From Acidobacteriota bacterium (GTDB lineage: Bacteria; Acidobacteriota; Vicinamibacteria; Vicinamibacterales; Fen-181), in assembly GCA_017883185.1 (NCBI GenBank), contig JADGOB010000003.1, forward strand, positions 7,136 to 71,135: a DNA stretch of 64,000 nucleotides, read 5' to 3'. Positions 53,801 through 63,116 of this stretch are shown here, one piece after another. The notes under the pieces are model-generated. The model was not told the DNA's origin and made no database searches. It saw only the letters and a list, made by a program, of their open reading frames with translations. A program made the position numbers and the translations under genes. The stretch's first letter is position 1. Each line of letters begins with the position of its first letter.

Positions 53801-53984
53801 GCTTCTGCCGGGGCGGCGCCTGCGCGGCCTGCGCCGATGCGAGCAGGCGGCTGGCCGCTGACGGCGACGGCGCCTGTCGGAGCATGGAGGCCCCGGCCTG
53901 GAGAGCCGGCGCCGCGCCAGCGCGCGCGACGGCGCCCACCAGGAGCAGCGCCCACAACACGAAGTGAACACGGAACTTGCGCAT
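50865..53984 (-). CDS. bamA: Outer membrane protein assembly factor BamA (unusually long, 1039 aa)
   Basis: Start set to ATG 53984 (MRKFRVHFVLWALLLVGAVARAGA signal peptide). POTRA repeats (e.g. VDEGPQVKIRDVEFTGN, ITEGERYRIADLAFEGN, VDEGKQYFVNRIVFTGN). C-terminal Omp85 barrel ending FKFAVGSTF. Confidence 0.9.
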   Translation of the reverse strand: MRKFRVHFVLWALLLVGAVARAGAAPALQAGASMLRQAPSPSAASRLLASAQAAQAPPRQKPAPPQPAAQKPAPPQPAVQQPATLQPPAVKPLPEGRVMWCGQEIGPPSQLPPAGSGPVIYLIGVCFPEQGGVSVIEPETYLYYIHAKASRPSAGVWTSWDDVSTVDALKQDFKQLWGTNFLDNLSIDVIDYPFANGVTGKLIAYNIEERQRVKIVDYQGAKHLEQTKIDDKLKEENAQIRLDSFIDPGMVRKVKKLVLDMLAEKGYQFATVTPEIKSVPGGPKLVNLTFQVDEGPQVKIRDVEFTGNKAVGNFALKRQMKNNKGRSFFSFITGGASYQEGKYEEDADKVIAYYRDHGYIGARVLEPQLKYIEDSNDKKVRWVQLRIPITEGERYRIADLAFEGNKIVKSEALRPLFKVKAGDWYSDKAIKKGYEKARELYGAGGYYQFNLVPMTKPHDEDGAPPAGTPAEGAEAADRAKAAAEGAKTDPPAKAGEQAKAGEQAKAGEQAKAGEQAKAGEPAKAGEQAKAGEQAKAGEQAKVGEPVKAGQQPAGAAQNAPARRAVRGGPPRVDVVLQVDEGKQYFVNRIVFTGNTTTRDSVVRREIRLFEEGVFNTEALKYSIKRINQLAYFKPLEGGKDVDVKETPGTENKMDVTLKFEEQNRNQLQFGAGVSQYEGFFGTVGFQTANFLGRGETFSINLQAGSRAQNYQIAFTEPYLFDRAITGGIDVFKRRLEYIGQFTQDSTGGNVIFGFPLKDFTRMFLNYSFEHTKVVDLNPLYQDPQLIASNPYLADSLLLGSGGARTISKIVPSVVYNTVDSPIFPTTGKRYTVSVDLAGIGGDTNFWKPNAEAVAYFQHTKRASFGFRAQAEYISSFSGSKQLPITEKLFAGGEYSIRGFDIRTVGPRAMTTVPPTYNGLTFLPALMPGEVPLELAKVDSGLVIGGNKLLLFNAEYLISIAGPVRLVLFFDAGQVRGEGEKFALREFKTSTGAEVRFFMPVLNVPFRLIFAYNPHRSGILDNSLQPQSAFAFKFAVGSTF
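52343..52510 (-). repeat. In-frame 18-bp tandem repeat (~10 copies) within bamA
   Basis: Units such as CCTTGGCCTGTTCGCCGG start every 18 nt from 52343. They encode (AKAGEQ)n with variants AKAGEP and AKVGEP. Confidence 0.9.
53735..53812 (-). repeat. In-frame 30-bp tandem repeat (~2.5 copies) near the bamA 5' end
   Basis: CCGCGGGCTGCGGAGGCGCGGGCTTCTG(AG/CC) at 53750 and 53780, preceded by a partial copy. Encodes QKPAPPQPA(A/V) repeats just after the signal peptide. Confidence 0.8.
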
Positions 53985-54096
53985 GAAATCGTCTTCGAGA
54001 AGAGCTGGCCGGCATTCCCCGGCGCGCTGGCACCCCTCCTTCAGGAGGCGAGCCGGCACTTCCTTGATCACCATAGTTTACAGGGTATTAGACGTT

Positions 54097-56532
54097 TCAG
54101 GCCAGCCCGTGGCCTGTCGGGGCATCTCCGACGGGCCGATACGCAAGCGCCCCGTCCTCCAGATAGGCCTCCACATGGCCCCCGTGGAGCTTACCCCGGA
54201 TGATCTCCTCGGAGAGCGGATCCTCAACGTACTTCTGGATGGCACGGCGCAAGGGGCGAGCGCCGTACGACCGATCCTTGCACGTCACGTTGATGATCCA
54301 GTCCACGACCTCCTGCGTCAGGGAGATCTTCAGCCGCCGGTCCACCAGGTGCTCGTTGAGCTGGTCGACGAGCAGCCCCATGACCTGCCGCAGGTCGTCG
54401 TCGGACAGCGGGTCGAACACGATGATCTCGTCGATCCGGTTGATGAACTCGGGGTTGAAGGTGCGCCGCACCTCGGCAAGGACCAGGTCTGACAGGCTGC
54501 GGTTCGCCTCCGCGACCTCGGGCGACTGGAACCCGAGGCCGCCCTTCTTCTGGATGTGGCGGGCCCCGATGTTCGACGTCATGATGATGATCGCATTCTT
54601 GAAGTCGATGCGGTTCCCCAGGCCGTCGGTCAGGTGACCATCCTCGAAGACCTGCAGCAGGATGTTGAAAACGTCTGGGTGCGCCTTCTCGATCTCGTCG
54701 AACAGCACCACCGAGTAGGGGTTGCGCTTCACTTTCTCGGTGAGCTGACCGCCCTCGTCGTGGCCGACGTAGCCGGGAGGCGAGCCAATCAGCTTCGACA
54801 CCGAGTGCTTCTCCATGTACTCGGACATGTCGAAGCGGATGAGCGCGTTGTCGCTGCCGAACAGGACGCTCGCGAGCCCGCGCGCCAGCTCCGTCTTCCC
54901 GACGCCGGTCGGGCCGAGGAAGACGAAGCTCCCGACGGGCCGGTTCGGGTTCTTCAGGCCCGCGCGGGAGCGCCGGATCGCCCGCGACAACGCCGAGATC
55001 GCCTTCTCCTGGCTGATGACGCGCCTGTGAAGCTGCTCCTCCATGCGAAGGAGCTTGTCGCCCTCGTCCTGGTTGATCGAGCTGAGCGGGACGCCGGTCC
55101 ACCTGGAGACGACCTCGTCGATCTCCTGCTTGCCCACCACGATTCGCCGGGCGTTCGACGTGACGTCGAAGCGCTCGCGGACGGACTGGAGGCTCTCGCG
55201 GGCCGACACTTCCTGGTCGCGGTAGAACTGCGCGCGCTCGAAGTCCCGCTGCGAGACCGCGCTCTCCATCTGCTCCACGGCGACGCGGATACTCCGGTTG
55301 ATCTCGCCGAGTTCCCCACTGCAGCCCGCGTCGCGCAGCTTGGCGCGCGCCCCCGCCTCGTCGATGAGGTCGATGGCCTTGTCGGGCAGAAACCGGTCGG
55401 TGATGTAGCGGCTGGACTGGTAGGCGGCCGCCTCGATCGCCTCGCGCGTGTACTCGACGTGGTGGAACTGCTCGTAGCGATCCTTGATCCCGAGGAGGAC
55501 CTCGATCGTCTCGGTCTCCGACGGGGCATCCACCTTGACCGCCTGGAACCGCCGTTCGAGCGACCGGTCCTTCTCGATGTACTTCCGGTACTCGGCAGGC
55601 GTCGTCGCGCCAATGCAGCGAATCTCGCCGCGCGAGAGCGCCGGCTTGAGGATGCTGGCGGCGTCGAGCGAGCCTTCGGCCGCCCCCGCGCCCACCAGCG
55701 TGTGCAACTCGTCGATGAACACGATGACGTCAGGGTTGTCGGTCAGTTCCTTCATGATCGCCTTGAGGCGTTCCTCGAACTGGCCGCGGTACTTCGTCCC
55801 GGCGACGATCAGCGAGAGGTCGAGCGCCAGCAGCCGCTTGTCGGCGAGGAAGTGCGGCACGTCGCCGAAGACGATCCGCTGCGCGAGTCCCTCGACGATG
55901 GCCGTCTTCCCGACGCCCGGTTCGCCGATGAGGACGGCGTTGTTCTTGGTGCGGCGGCACAGCACCTGCTGCACCCGCTCGACCTCGTACTTGCGGCCCA
56001 CGAGGGGATCCAGCTGGTTCTTGATCGCGGCCTCGGTGAGGTCGCGGCTGAACTCCGCAAGCAGCGGCGTCTCTTTCGCCCGGGTCAGCGTGGTCTTCTC
56101 GTTGAGCAACTGAACCGCGTCCTCCCGGACCGTATTCAGCCGCATGCCGTGTTCCATCAGGATCGACGCGGCGACCGAGCGCTCCTCGCGCAGGATGCCA
56201 AGCAGCAGGTGCTCGGTCCCGATGTAGTTGTGAAGCAGCCGGTCGGCCTCCTCGGCGGCAAACCCCAGCACCCGCTTGGTCTCGGCGCTGAACGGGATCT
56301 CGACCGACGTGGACACCTTCTCGCGGAACACAGTCCGCCCCTCGATCTCCTTGCGGATGTTCTCGAGCGACAGGTGCGACCGACCGAAAATGCGGGTCGT
56401 CAGCCCCTTCCCCTCCCGGATCAGTCCCAACAGCAGGTGCTCGGTTTCAATCGAGACGCTGCCAAGCTGACTGGCTTCGTACCGGGAGAAGAAAAGGACC
56501 CGCCTCGCCCTTTCCGTATACCGTTCGAACAT
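54097..56532 (-). CDS. clpC: AAA+ chaperone ClpC-type (Clp ATPase)
   Basis: Start at [13 protein letters not shown] (Clp_N repeats). Two AAA modules (GEPGVGKTA; GPTGVGKTE). UVR-like middle motif ([11 protein letters not shown]). LGF tripeptide loop consistent with ClpP docking. Confidence 0.9.
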   Translation of the reverse strand: MFERYTERARRVLFFSRYEASQLGSVSIETEHLLLGLIREGKGLTTRIFGRSHLSLENIRKEIEGRTVFREKVSTSVEIPFSAETKRVLGFAAEEADRLLHNYIGTEHLLLGILREERSVAASILMEHGMRLNTVREDAVQLLNEKTTLTRAKETPLLAEFSRDLTEAAIKNQLDPLVGRKYEVERVQQVLCRRTKNNAVLIGEPGVGKTAIVEGLAQRIVFGDVPHFLADKRLLALDLSLIVAGTKYRGQFEERLKAIMKELTDNPDVIVFIDELHTLVGAGAAEGSLDAASILKPALSRGEIRCIGATTPAEYRKYIEKDRSLERRFQAVKVDAPSETETIEVLLGIKDRYEQFHHVEYTREAIEAAAYQSSRYITDRFLPDKAIDLIDEAGARAKLRDAGCSGELGEINRSIRVAVEQMESAVSQRDFERAQFYRDQEVSARESLQSVRERFDVTSNARRIVVGKQEIDEVVSRWTGVPLSSINQDEGDKLLRMEEQLHRRVISQEKAISALSRAIRRSRAGLKNPNRPVGSFVFLGPTGVGKTELARGLASVLFGSDNALIRFDMSEYMEKHSVSKLIGSPPGYVGHDEGGQLTEKVKRNPYSVVLFDEIEKAHPDVFNILLQVFEDGHLTDGLGNRIDFKNAIIIMTSNIGARHIQKKGGLGFQSPEVAEANRSLSDLVLAEVRRTFNPEFINRIDEIIVFDPLSDDDLRQVMGLLVDQLNEHLVDRRLKISLTQEVVDWIINVTCKDRSYGARPLRRAIQKYVEDPLSEEIIRGKLHGGHVEAYLEDGALAYRPVGDAPTGHGLA

Positions 56533-56570
56533 CTGGACTACCCGCGGCACCTGTTGCGGATTGTGGTCAA

Positions 56571-56585
56571 GCGAACCCTGTTCGC
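56571..56585. promoter_or_regulatory. Perfect palindrome GCGAAC-N3-GTTCGC at the predicted clpC transcription start
   Basis: Lies immediately downstream of the TATAAT box. Candidate operator or 5'-terminal hairpin. Confidence 0.35.
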
Positions 56586-56614
56586 ATTATAAGGCAAAGG
56601 CCAGAGTGCTCCAA
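56586..56614 (-). promoter_or_regulatory. Sigma70-type promoter of clpC (TTGGAG - 17 nt - TATAAT)
   Basis: Minus strand reads TTGGAG CACTCTGGCCTTTGCCT TATAAT. The predicted leader is about 45 nt to ATG 56532. Confidence 0.5.
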
Positions 56615-56654
56615 CCGCGTGTGCGCTAAGTCCCTGTACCTCAGCAAGTAGGAG

Positions 56655-56748
56655 CGGTGCTGCGAGCGCGGGCAGCGATCAGCGGCCAGCTGGCAGCTGG
56701 CAGCCGTCGGCTGTGCACTGTCGGCTGTGCACTGTCGGCTGTCCGCTG
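56655..56748. repeat. CAGCGG/CGGCTG-family element downstream of lolD
   Basis: GCGGGCAGCGATCAGCGGCCAGCTGGCAGCTGGCAGCCGTCGGCTGTGCACTGTCGGCTGTGCACTGTCGGCTGTCCGCTGC. Shares the 13-mer CAGCGGCCAGCTG (56680-56692) with 57448-57460. Contains an internal 16-nt duplication. Confidence 0.7.
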
Positions 56749-57417
<669 letters not shown>

Positions 57418-57424
57418 ATCAGAA

Positions 57425-57471
57425 CCCAGGAATCAGCGGACAGCGGGCAGCGGCCAGCTGCCGGCTGCCGG
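57425..57471. repeat. CAGCGG/CGGCTG-family element between lolC and lolD
   Basis: CCAGGAATCAGCGGACAGCGGGCAGCGGCCAGCTGCCGGCTGCCGGCT fills most of the 54-nt lolC-lolD spacer. Confidence 0.7.
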
Positions 57472-58694
57472 CTATCCGTATCTCAGCGCCTCCGCCGGGT
57501 CGAGCTTCGAGGCCTGGTGCGAGGGATACAGGGTCGCCACGAAGCAAACCAGGATCGCCGACACGACCACCAGGATGAAATCGAACGGCAGGACCACGAA
57601 CGGCACGTACGACACCTGGTAGACGTCCATCGGGATCCGGATCAACTTGTAGCGATCGAGCACCGACGACACGACCCAGCCTGCAGTCGCCCCGATCCCC
57701 GTGCCGATGAACCCGATAATCAGCCCCTGCAGCATGAACACCAGCATGATGCTCCGCCCCGACGCCCCCATCGTCTTCAAGATGGCGATGTCACGGTGCT
57801 TCTCCATCACCAGCAGGATCAGCGACGCGACAATGTTCAGGGCGGCCACCATGACGATGAGACCGATGGTGATCGAGATCGCCATCTTCTCGAGCCAGAG
57901 GGCGCTGAAGAGGGAGCGGTTCAGCTGCGTCCAGTCCTCGGTGAGGTACTGCCCGGCCGACTGTTCCATGATCGCGCCGGCCACGTCGTGCGCGCGGTAG
58001 ATGTCGTCCACCCGCAGCTCGATCAACTCGGGTGTGTCGCGGCCGGTCAGCCGCTCGGCGACGGGCATCGTGACGAAGCCGTAGGCGGAATCGAATTCGA
58101 ACAGGCCGAGCGAGAAGATGCCGGCGACCTCCAGCGAGCGCGCGCGGGGCAGCATGCCCATCGGCGAGAGCGTGCCTTCGGGCGTGAGCACCTGGACGCG
58201 GTCGCCGACGCGCACTTTGAGCGTTCGCGCCAGGTCGGCGCCCAGGAGGATGCCTGGCGGCCCGTCTCCGCCCTCGTTGAGCGACGCCATGCGGCCCTGC
58301 CGCATCGACCGCCCGATGTCGGTCACGCTCTTCTCGAGCGCGGGATCGATCCCCTTGATGGTAATGAACGACTGCCCCTGAGACGTGGTGATCAGCGCCT
58401 TGCCGAGGATGGCCGGCGCCGCGCCGAGGACGTGAGGGAACTCGCGGAGCCGTTTCACCTCGGCGTGATAGTCGCGGATGCCGTCGCCCTTCCAGACGAA
58501 GATGTGCGCGGTGGAGCCGAGGATCCGGTCCCGCAACTCGGCCTGCAGGCCGGTCATCAGCGCCAACGCGATGACCAGCGCCATCACGCCCACCGTGACG
58601 CCCATCGTCGAGATCAGCGAGATCAGCGAGATGAACGCCTGCTTGCGCCTGGCGAGCAGGTACCGGAGCGCGACGTGGAGCTCGAAGGGGAGGT

Positions 58695-58698
<4 letters not shown>
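57472..58698 (-). CDS. lolC: Lipoprotein-releasing system permease LolC/E family
   Basis: N-terminus PFELHVALRYLLARRKQAFISLISLISTMGV, MacB-type periplasmic domain, and a C-terminal FtsX domain ending AEALRYG. No in-frame ATG/GTG/TTG near the expected N-terminus, so a provisional CTG start at 58698 is used. Confidence 0.8.
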
Positions 58699-60200
<1,502 letters not shown>

Positions 60201-60225
60201 AGCAACGGTTCTCGGGCGCCCCGGG

Positions 60226-60699
60226 TCACTTCGGACGTTCAGCCGCCTTCAACTTGCGCTTGATGGCGTCGAGCACGCCGTTCACGAATCGGCCCGATTC
60301 GTCGCCGCTGAAACGCCGCGCCAGTTCGACCGCCTCGTTGATCACGACGTTGGGGGGGACATCCGGCACGTGTAGGAACTGGTACACCGCCATCCGGAGA
60401 ATCAGCCGGTCGACAATCGCCAGGCGCTCGGGCCGCCAATGGTCGGAGCTCGCGGCGATCAGCGGATCGAGCTCCGGCGTGCGCTCGACGGTGCCGATCA
60501 CCAGGCGTGAGGCCAGGGCCTCGGCTTCCGCCGAACCCAGGTGACCTCCCTGCTCGATCTCGCCGTACGCGGCGATCGCATCTTCCGGCGCGACGCGACC
60601 GACCTCGCACTGATACAGCATCTGCAAGGCCGCCTCGCGGGCCCGTCGCCGCTCCCGGAATTCTTCGTTCCTCGGCTCGTCGCCGGCCCTGGTCGTCAC
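60226..60699 (-). CDS. nusB: Transcription antitermination factor NusB
   Basis: RRRAREAALQMLYQCEV ... INEAVELARRF ... FVNGVLD motifs. Confidence 0.85.
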   Translation of the reverse strand: MTTRAGDEPRNEEFRERRRAREAALQMLYQCEVGRVAPEDAIAAYGEIEQGGHLGSAEAEALASRLVIGTVERTPELDPLIAASSDHWRPERLAIVDRLILRMAVYQFLHVPDVPPNVVINEAVELARRFSGDESGRFVNGVLDAIKRKLKAAERPK

Positions 60700-60732
60700 G
60701 GTATCCTTTCACGGGCGACCCGCCGGTCGCCC

Positions 60733-61515
60733 CTACCGCCCGCTGAATGTCGGCGCGCGCTTCTCGAGAAATGCACGGGTTCCCTCGCGCATGTCGTCGG
60801 TCGAGAAGCAGAGGCCGAACAACGTGGCCTCGAGGAACGCCGCCTCGGGGAACGCCATCTCGAGGCCGCGGTTGACCGCTTCGATAATCGAGCGCATCGC
60901 CGCGGGCGCGAGCCCGGCCAGCGACGCCGCCAGGTCCCTGGCCTTCGACATCAGTTCGGCGGCCGGCACGACCCGGTTGACGAGGCCAATCGCGTACGCT
61001 TCCTGCGCGTCGATCATGCGCCCGGTCAGCAGCAGTTCCAGCGCACGTCCTTTCCCGACCAGGCGCGGCAGGCGCTGCGTCCCGCCGAACCCCGGCGTGA
61101 CACCGAGCTTGACCTCGGGCTGGCCGAAACGCGCCGAGTCGGCCGCCAGCCGCAGCGTGCAGGCCATGGCCAGCTCGCAGCCGCCGCCGAGTGCGAACCC
61201 GTTCACCGCCGCGATGACGGGCTTGCCCAGGTGCTCGACGAGCTCGAAGACGTGCTGACCTTCGAGGGCGTACGCCTCCGCCTGGTTCGGCGAGAGATGC
61301 TCGAGTTCCTGGATGTCCGCCCCGGCCACGAACGCCTTCTCTCCGGCGCCGGTGACGATCAGGCAACGGACGAGGGGATCGTGCTTCAGCTCGAGGACCG
61401 CGCGTCGCAATTGGTCGATGGTCGCCCGGTCGAGGGCGTTCAGGACTTTTCGACGGTCGATCGTCACGATCGCGATCGAACCGTCACGCTCGATCTGGAG
61501 GTTGTCAAAGGGCAT
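60733..61515 (-). CDS. Enoyl-CoA hydratase/crotonase
   Basis: KVLNALD, ITGAGEKAFVAGADI, AAVNGFALGGGCELAMAC, TGRMIDAQEA motifs. Confidence 0.9.
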   Translation of the reverse strand: MPFDNLQIERDGSIAIVTIDRRKVLNALDRATIDQLRRAVLELKHDPLVRCLIVTGAGEKAFVAGADIQELEHLSPNQAEAYALEGQHVFELVEHLGKPVIAAVNGFALGGGCELAMACTLRLAADSARFGQPEVKLGVTPGFGGTQRLPRLVGKGRALELLLTGRMIDAQEAYAIGLVNRVVPAAELMSKARDLAASLAGLAPAAMRSIIEAVNRGLEMAFPEAAFLEATLFGLCFSTDDMREGTRAFLEKRAPTFSGR

Positions 61516-61972
61516 GGCGGAACCTCCGAAGTATACTCCAGAGCCACAGCAGCCCCGAGCCGATCCCGCCGCCGACGACGTCGGCGGCCATGTCCTTCAG
61601 GTCGAATTCGCGCCGCGGCACGAAGAGCTGGTGGACCTCGTCGCTCAGGCCGTAGCAGCCCGCGAACAGCACGACGATCACGACCACCCGCAGCGGCACC
61701 GGCCGGCCGAGCCCCCCGGTCAGCGCGCGCGCCACCAGGAAGCCGAGCCCCGAATAGAGCAGCGTGTGCGCCGTCTTGTCGGAGATGCCGCCCGGGAGCG
61801 CGGGCACTTCCGAGACCGACGACAGGAAGAAGATCAACGCGCAGTAGATCAGTACGGGCCCCCAGAGCCCGAGGCGCTCTGATGCCGGCGTGCGCGACGT
61901 GGGTTGACGTGGATCCACAGGGGTCAGGTTCCCGACGTGGTCGTTCAGAAGGGAAACGGGTACATCAGCCAC
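61505..61972 (-). CDS. VanZ-like membrane protein
   Basis: Four TM helices with DKTAHTLLYSGLG and DEVHQLFVPRREFDLKDMAADVVGG motifs. The start may be GTG 61918 rather than ATG 61972. Confidence 0.7.
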   Translation of the reverse strand: MADVPVSLLNDHVGNLTPVDPRQPTSRTPASERLGLWGPVLIYCALIFFLSSVSEVPALPGGISDKTAHTLLYSGLGFLVARALTGGLGRPVPLRVVVIVVLFAGCYGLSDEVHQLFVPRREFDLKDMAADVVGGGIGSGLLWLWSILRRFRHAL

Positions 61973-62118
61973 CCGAGCACGAGCGCGCTCAGGATGAATC
62001 CGCCGAAGACCATGGCTCCAAAGCGGACCTGCTCGCGCGGCTGGTCCTTCATGATGACCGCGAACACCAGCGCGACGAAGAACGAGAACAACAGCATCAG
62101 CAGGAAGTGGCTCGTCAC
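61945..62118 (-). CDS. Candidate 57-aa two-TM membrane protein (unannotated small ORF)
   Basis: GTG 62118 lies 7 nt after the upstream stop, whose TGA forms part of a GAGGG SD-like motif; ATG 62097 is the alternative start. Encodes VTSHFLLMLLFSFFVALVFAVIMKDQPREQVRFGAMVFGGFILSALVLGWLMYPFPF. Fills the only gap in a tightly packed membrane-protein operon. Confidence 0.35.
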   Translation of the reverse strand: MTSHFLLMLLFSFFVALVFAVIMKDQPREQVRFGAMVFGGFILSALVLGWLMYPFPF

Positions 62119-62125
62119 GACGCCC

Positions 62126-62518
62126 TCACTTGCGACCGACGGCCGTATCGTACACGTCGAGCACGACCAGCATGTTCAGCAGGCCCGCGACAATCAGGAA
62201 CGCGTTCGCGTACTCGTAGGAGACCGCGGCCACCTGGCCCTCCCCGATCTTCAGCGCCCACGCGAGGAAATACGGAAGCCCCATCGCCAGGTCCGCCACG
62301 GCCGCCAGGAACACGAGCGGTTCCGACGCCTGGAAGGGGAACAATCGCCCGTTCAGCGCCAACCCGGTCGTAAACATGGTGGTCAACGCGACCAGGAAAA
62401 TCAGCCCCTTGACGCGTCGGCCCAACCACAGGTGCCCGCTTCCGGGCACCAGCCAAGCTGAGAGCGCCAAAAGCACCAGGCCGCCACTCTCTACTCGCTC
62501 TGCCGCATCCGCTCGCAT
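62126..62518 (-). CDS. Hypothetical integral membrane protein (130 aa)
   Basis: Three or four TM helices. N-terminal PGSGHLWLGRRVKG motif, which is common in small membrane proteins of unknown function. Overlaps the upstream gene by 28 nt. Confidence 0.55.
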   Translation of the reverse strand: MRADAAERVESGGLVLLALSAWLVPGSGHLWLGRRVKGLIFLVALTTMFTTGLALNGRLFPFQASEPLVFLAAVADLAMGLPYFLAWALKIGEGQVAAVSYEYANAFLIVAGLLNMLVVLDVYDTAVGRK

Positions 62519-63006
62519 TCTTCTAGTCTACCCTGAAAACTCATCGATTCGGCGAGCAACACGCCCGCGGCGAACCCGAGGGGCGCGCCCGCGAGCGCGC
62601 GCACGACACCCGACGTGAGGGCCGGCTGCCACCATTCGACCACGACGGTGACCACGGTTGGAAGAGCCGCCAGCACCAGGCGCCACCGCCAGGCCGCGAA
62701 CGGGAGCGGTGCGCGCGATCGGCCCCGCGACCAGGCGAACACGATGCCAAGCGCCGCGGAGAGGTACAACCCCGTGCAGCGCGCGCAGACCGGCAACTGC
62801 CCGCCACCCAGGTGAAACGACCGTCCCGCGTGCTGGTGGCAGACCAGGCTGCCGACGATGTACGTCGCGGCGGAGAGGTGAGCCGCGCCCCCGGCCGGGG
62901 ACTGGACGGACGACACCCATGGAGCCGCGACGACCAGCACCGCCCACAGAACCGCAGCGGCCGGGAGCGCCCGACGTGCGGCGCGCTCGAACCATGAATT
63001 CGCCAC
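62491..63006 (-). CDS. DUF2085-like membrane protein
   Basis: CHQHAGRSFHLGG..LPVCARCTGLY motif characteristic of DUF2085, four TM helices. GTG start. Confidence 0.65.
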   Translation of the reverse strand: MANSWFERAARRALPAAAVLWAVLVVAAPWVSSVQSPAGGAAHLSAATYIVGSLVCHQHAGRSFHLGGGQLPVCARCTGLYLSAALGIVFAWSRGRSRAPLPFAAWRWRLVLAALPTVVTVVVEWWQPALTSGVVRALAGAPLGFAAGVLLAESMSFQGRLEECERMRQSE

Positions 63007-63012
63007 CGACCT

Positions 63013-63018
63013 ATTCTA
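63013..63018 (-). promoter_or_regulatory. -10 box TAGAAT (minus sense), 6 nt upstream of the DUF2085 GTG
   Basis: Minus strand reads TGTATAGAAT-AGGTCG-GTG. Confidence 0.35.
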
Positions 63019-63104
63019 TACAAGTCCGTGGCGTGCGACCCGCCGGACGGCCCCACGGTCCGTGGAGGACGACCGGCCCGTCGCCCCTGCGGCGCGGCGG
63101 ATGA

Positions 63105-63110
63105 TAGACT
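63105..63110 (+). promoter_or_regulatory. -10 box TAGACT (with upstream TGA), 6 nt upstream of ATG 63117
   Basis: GATGATAGACT-CCCGGC-ATG. No SD. Confidence 0.35.
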
Positions 63111-63116
63111 CCCGGC

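Noticed and set aside
50799-56592. Long plus-strand ORFs 50799..53861 and 54556..56592, opposite bamA and clpC
   Set aside because: Same reasoning as above. The minus-strand products carry complete BamA and ClpC signatures, while the plus-strand translations are compositionally biased and motif-free.
56601-56629. CIRCE-like sequence (AGAGTGCTC-N9-GTGCGCTAA) overlapping the clpC -35 region; relevant because hrcA is in the window
   Set aside because: Only about 12 of 18 positions match TTAGCACTC-N9-GAGTGCTAA. The two halves are not inverted repeats of each other (about 5 of 9). clpC is not a usual HrcA target. It is probably a chance resemblance.
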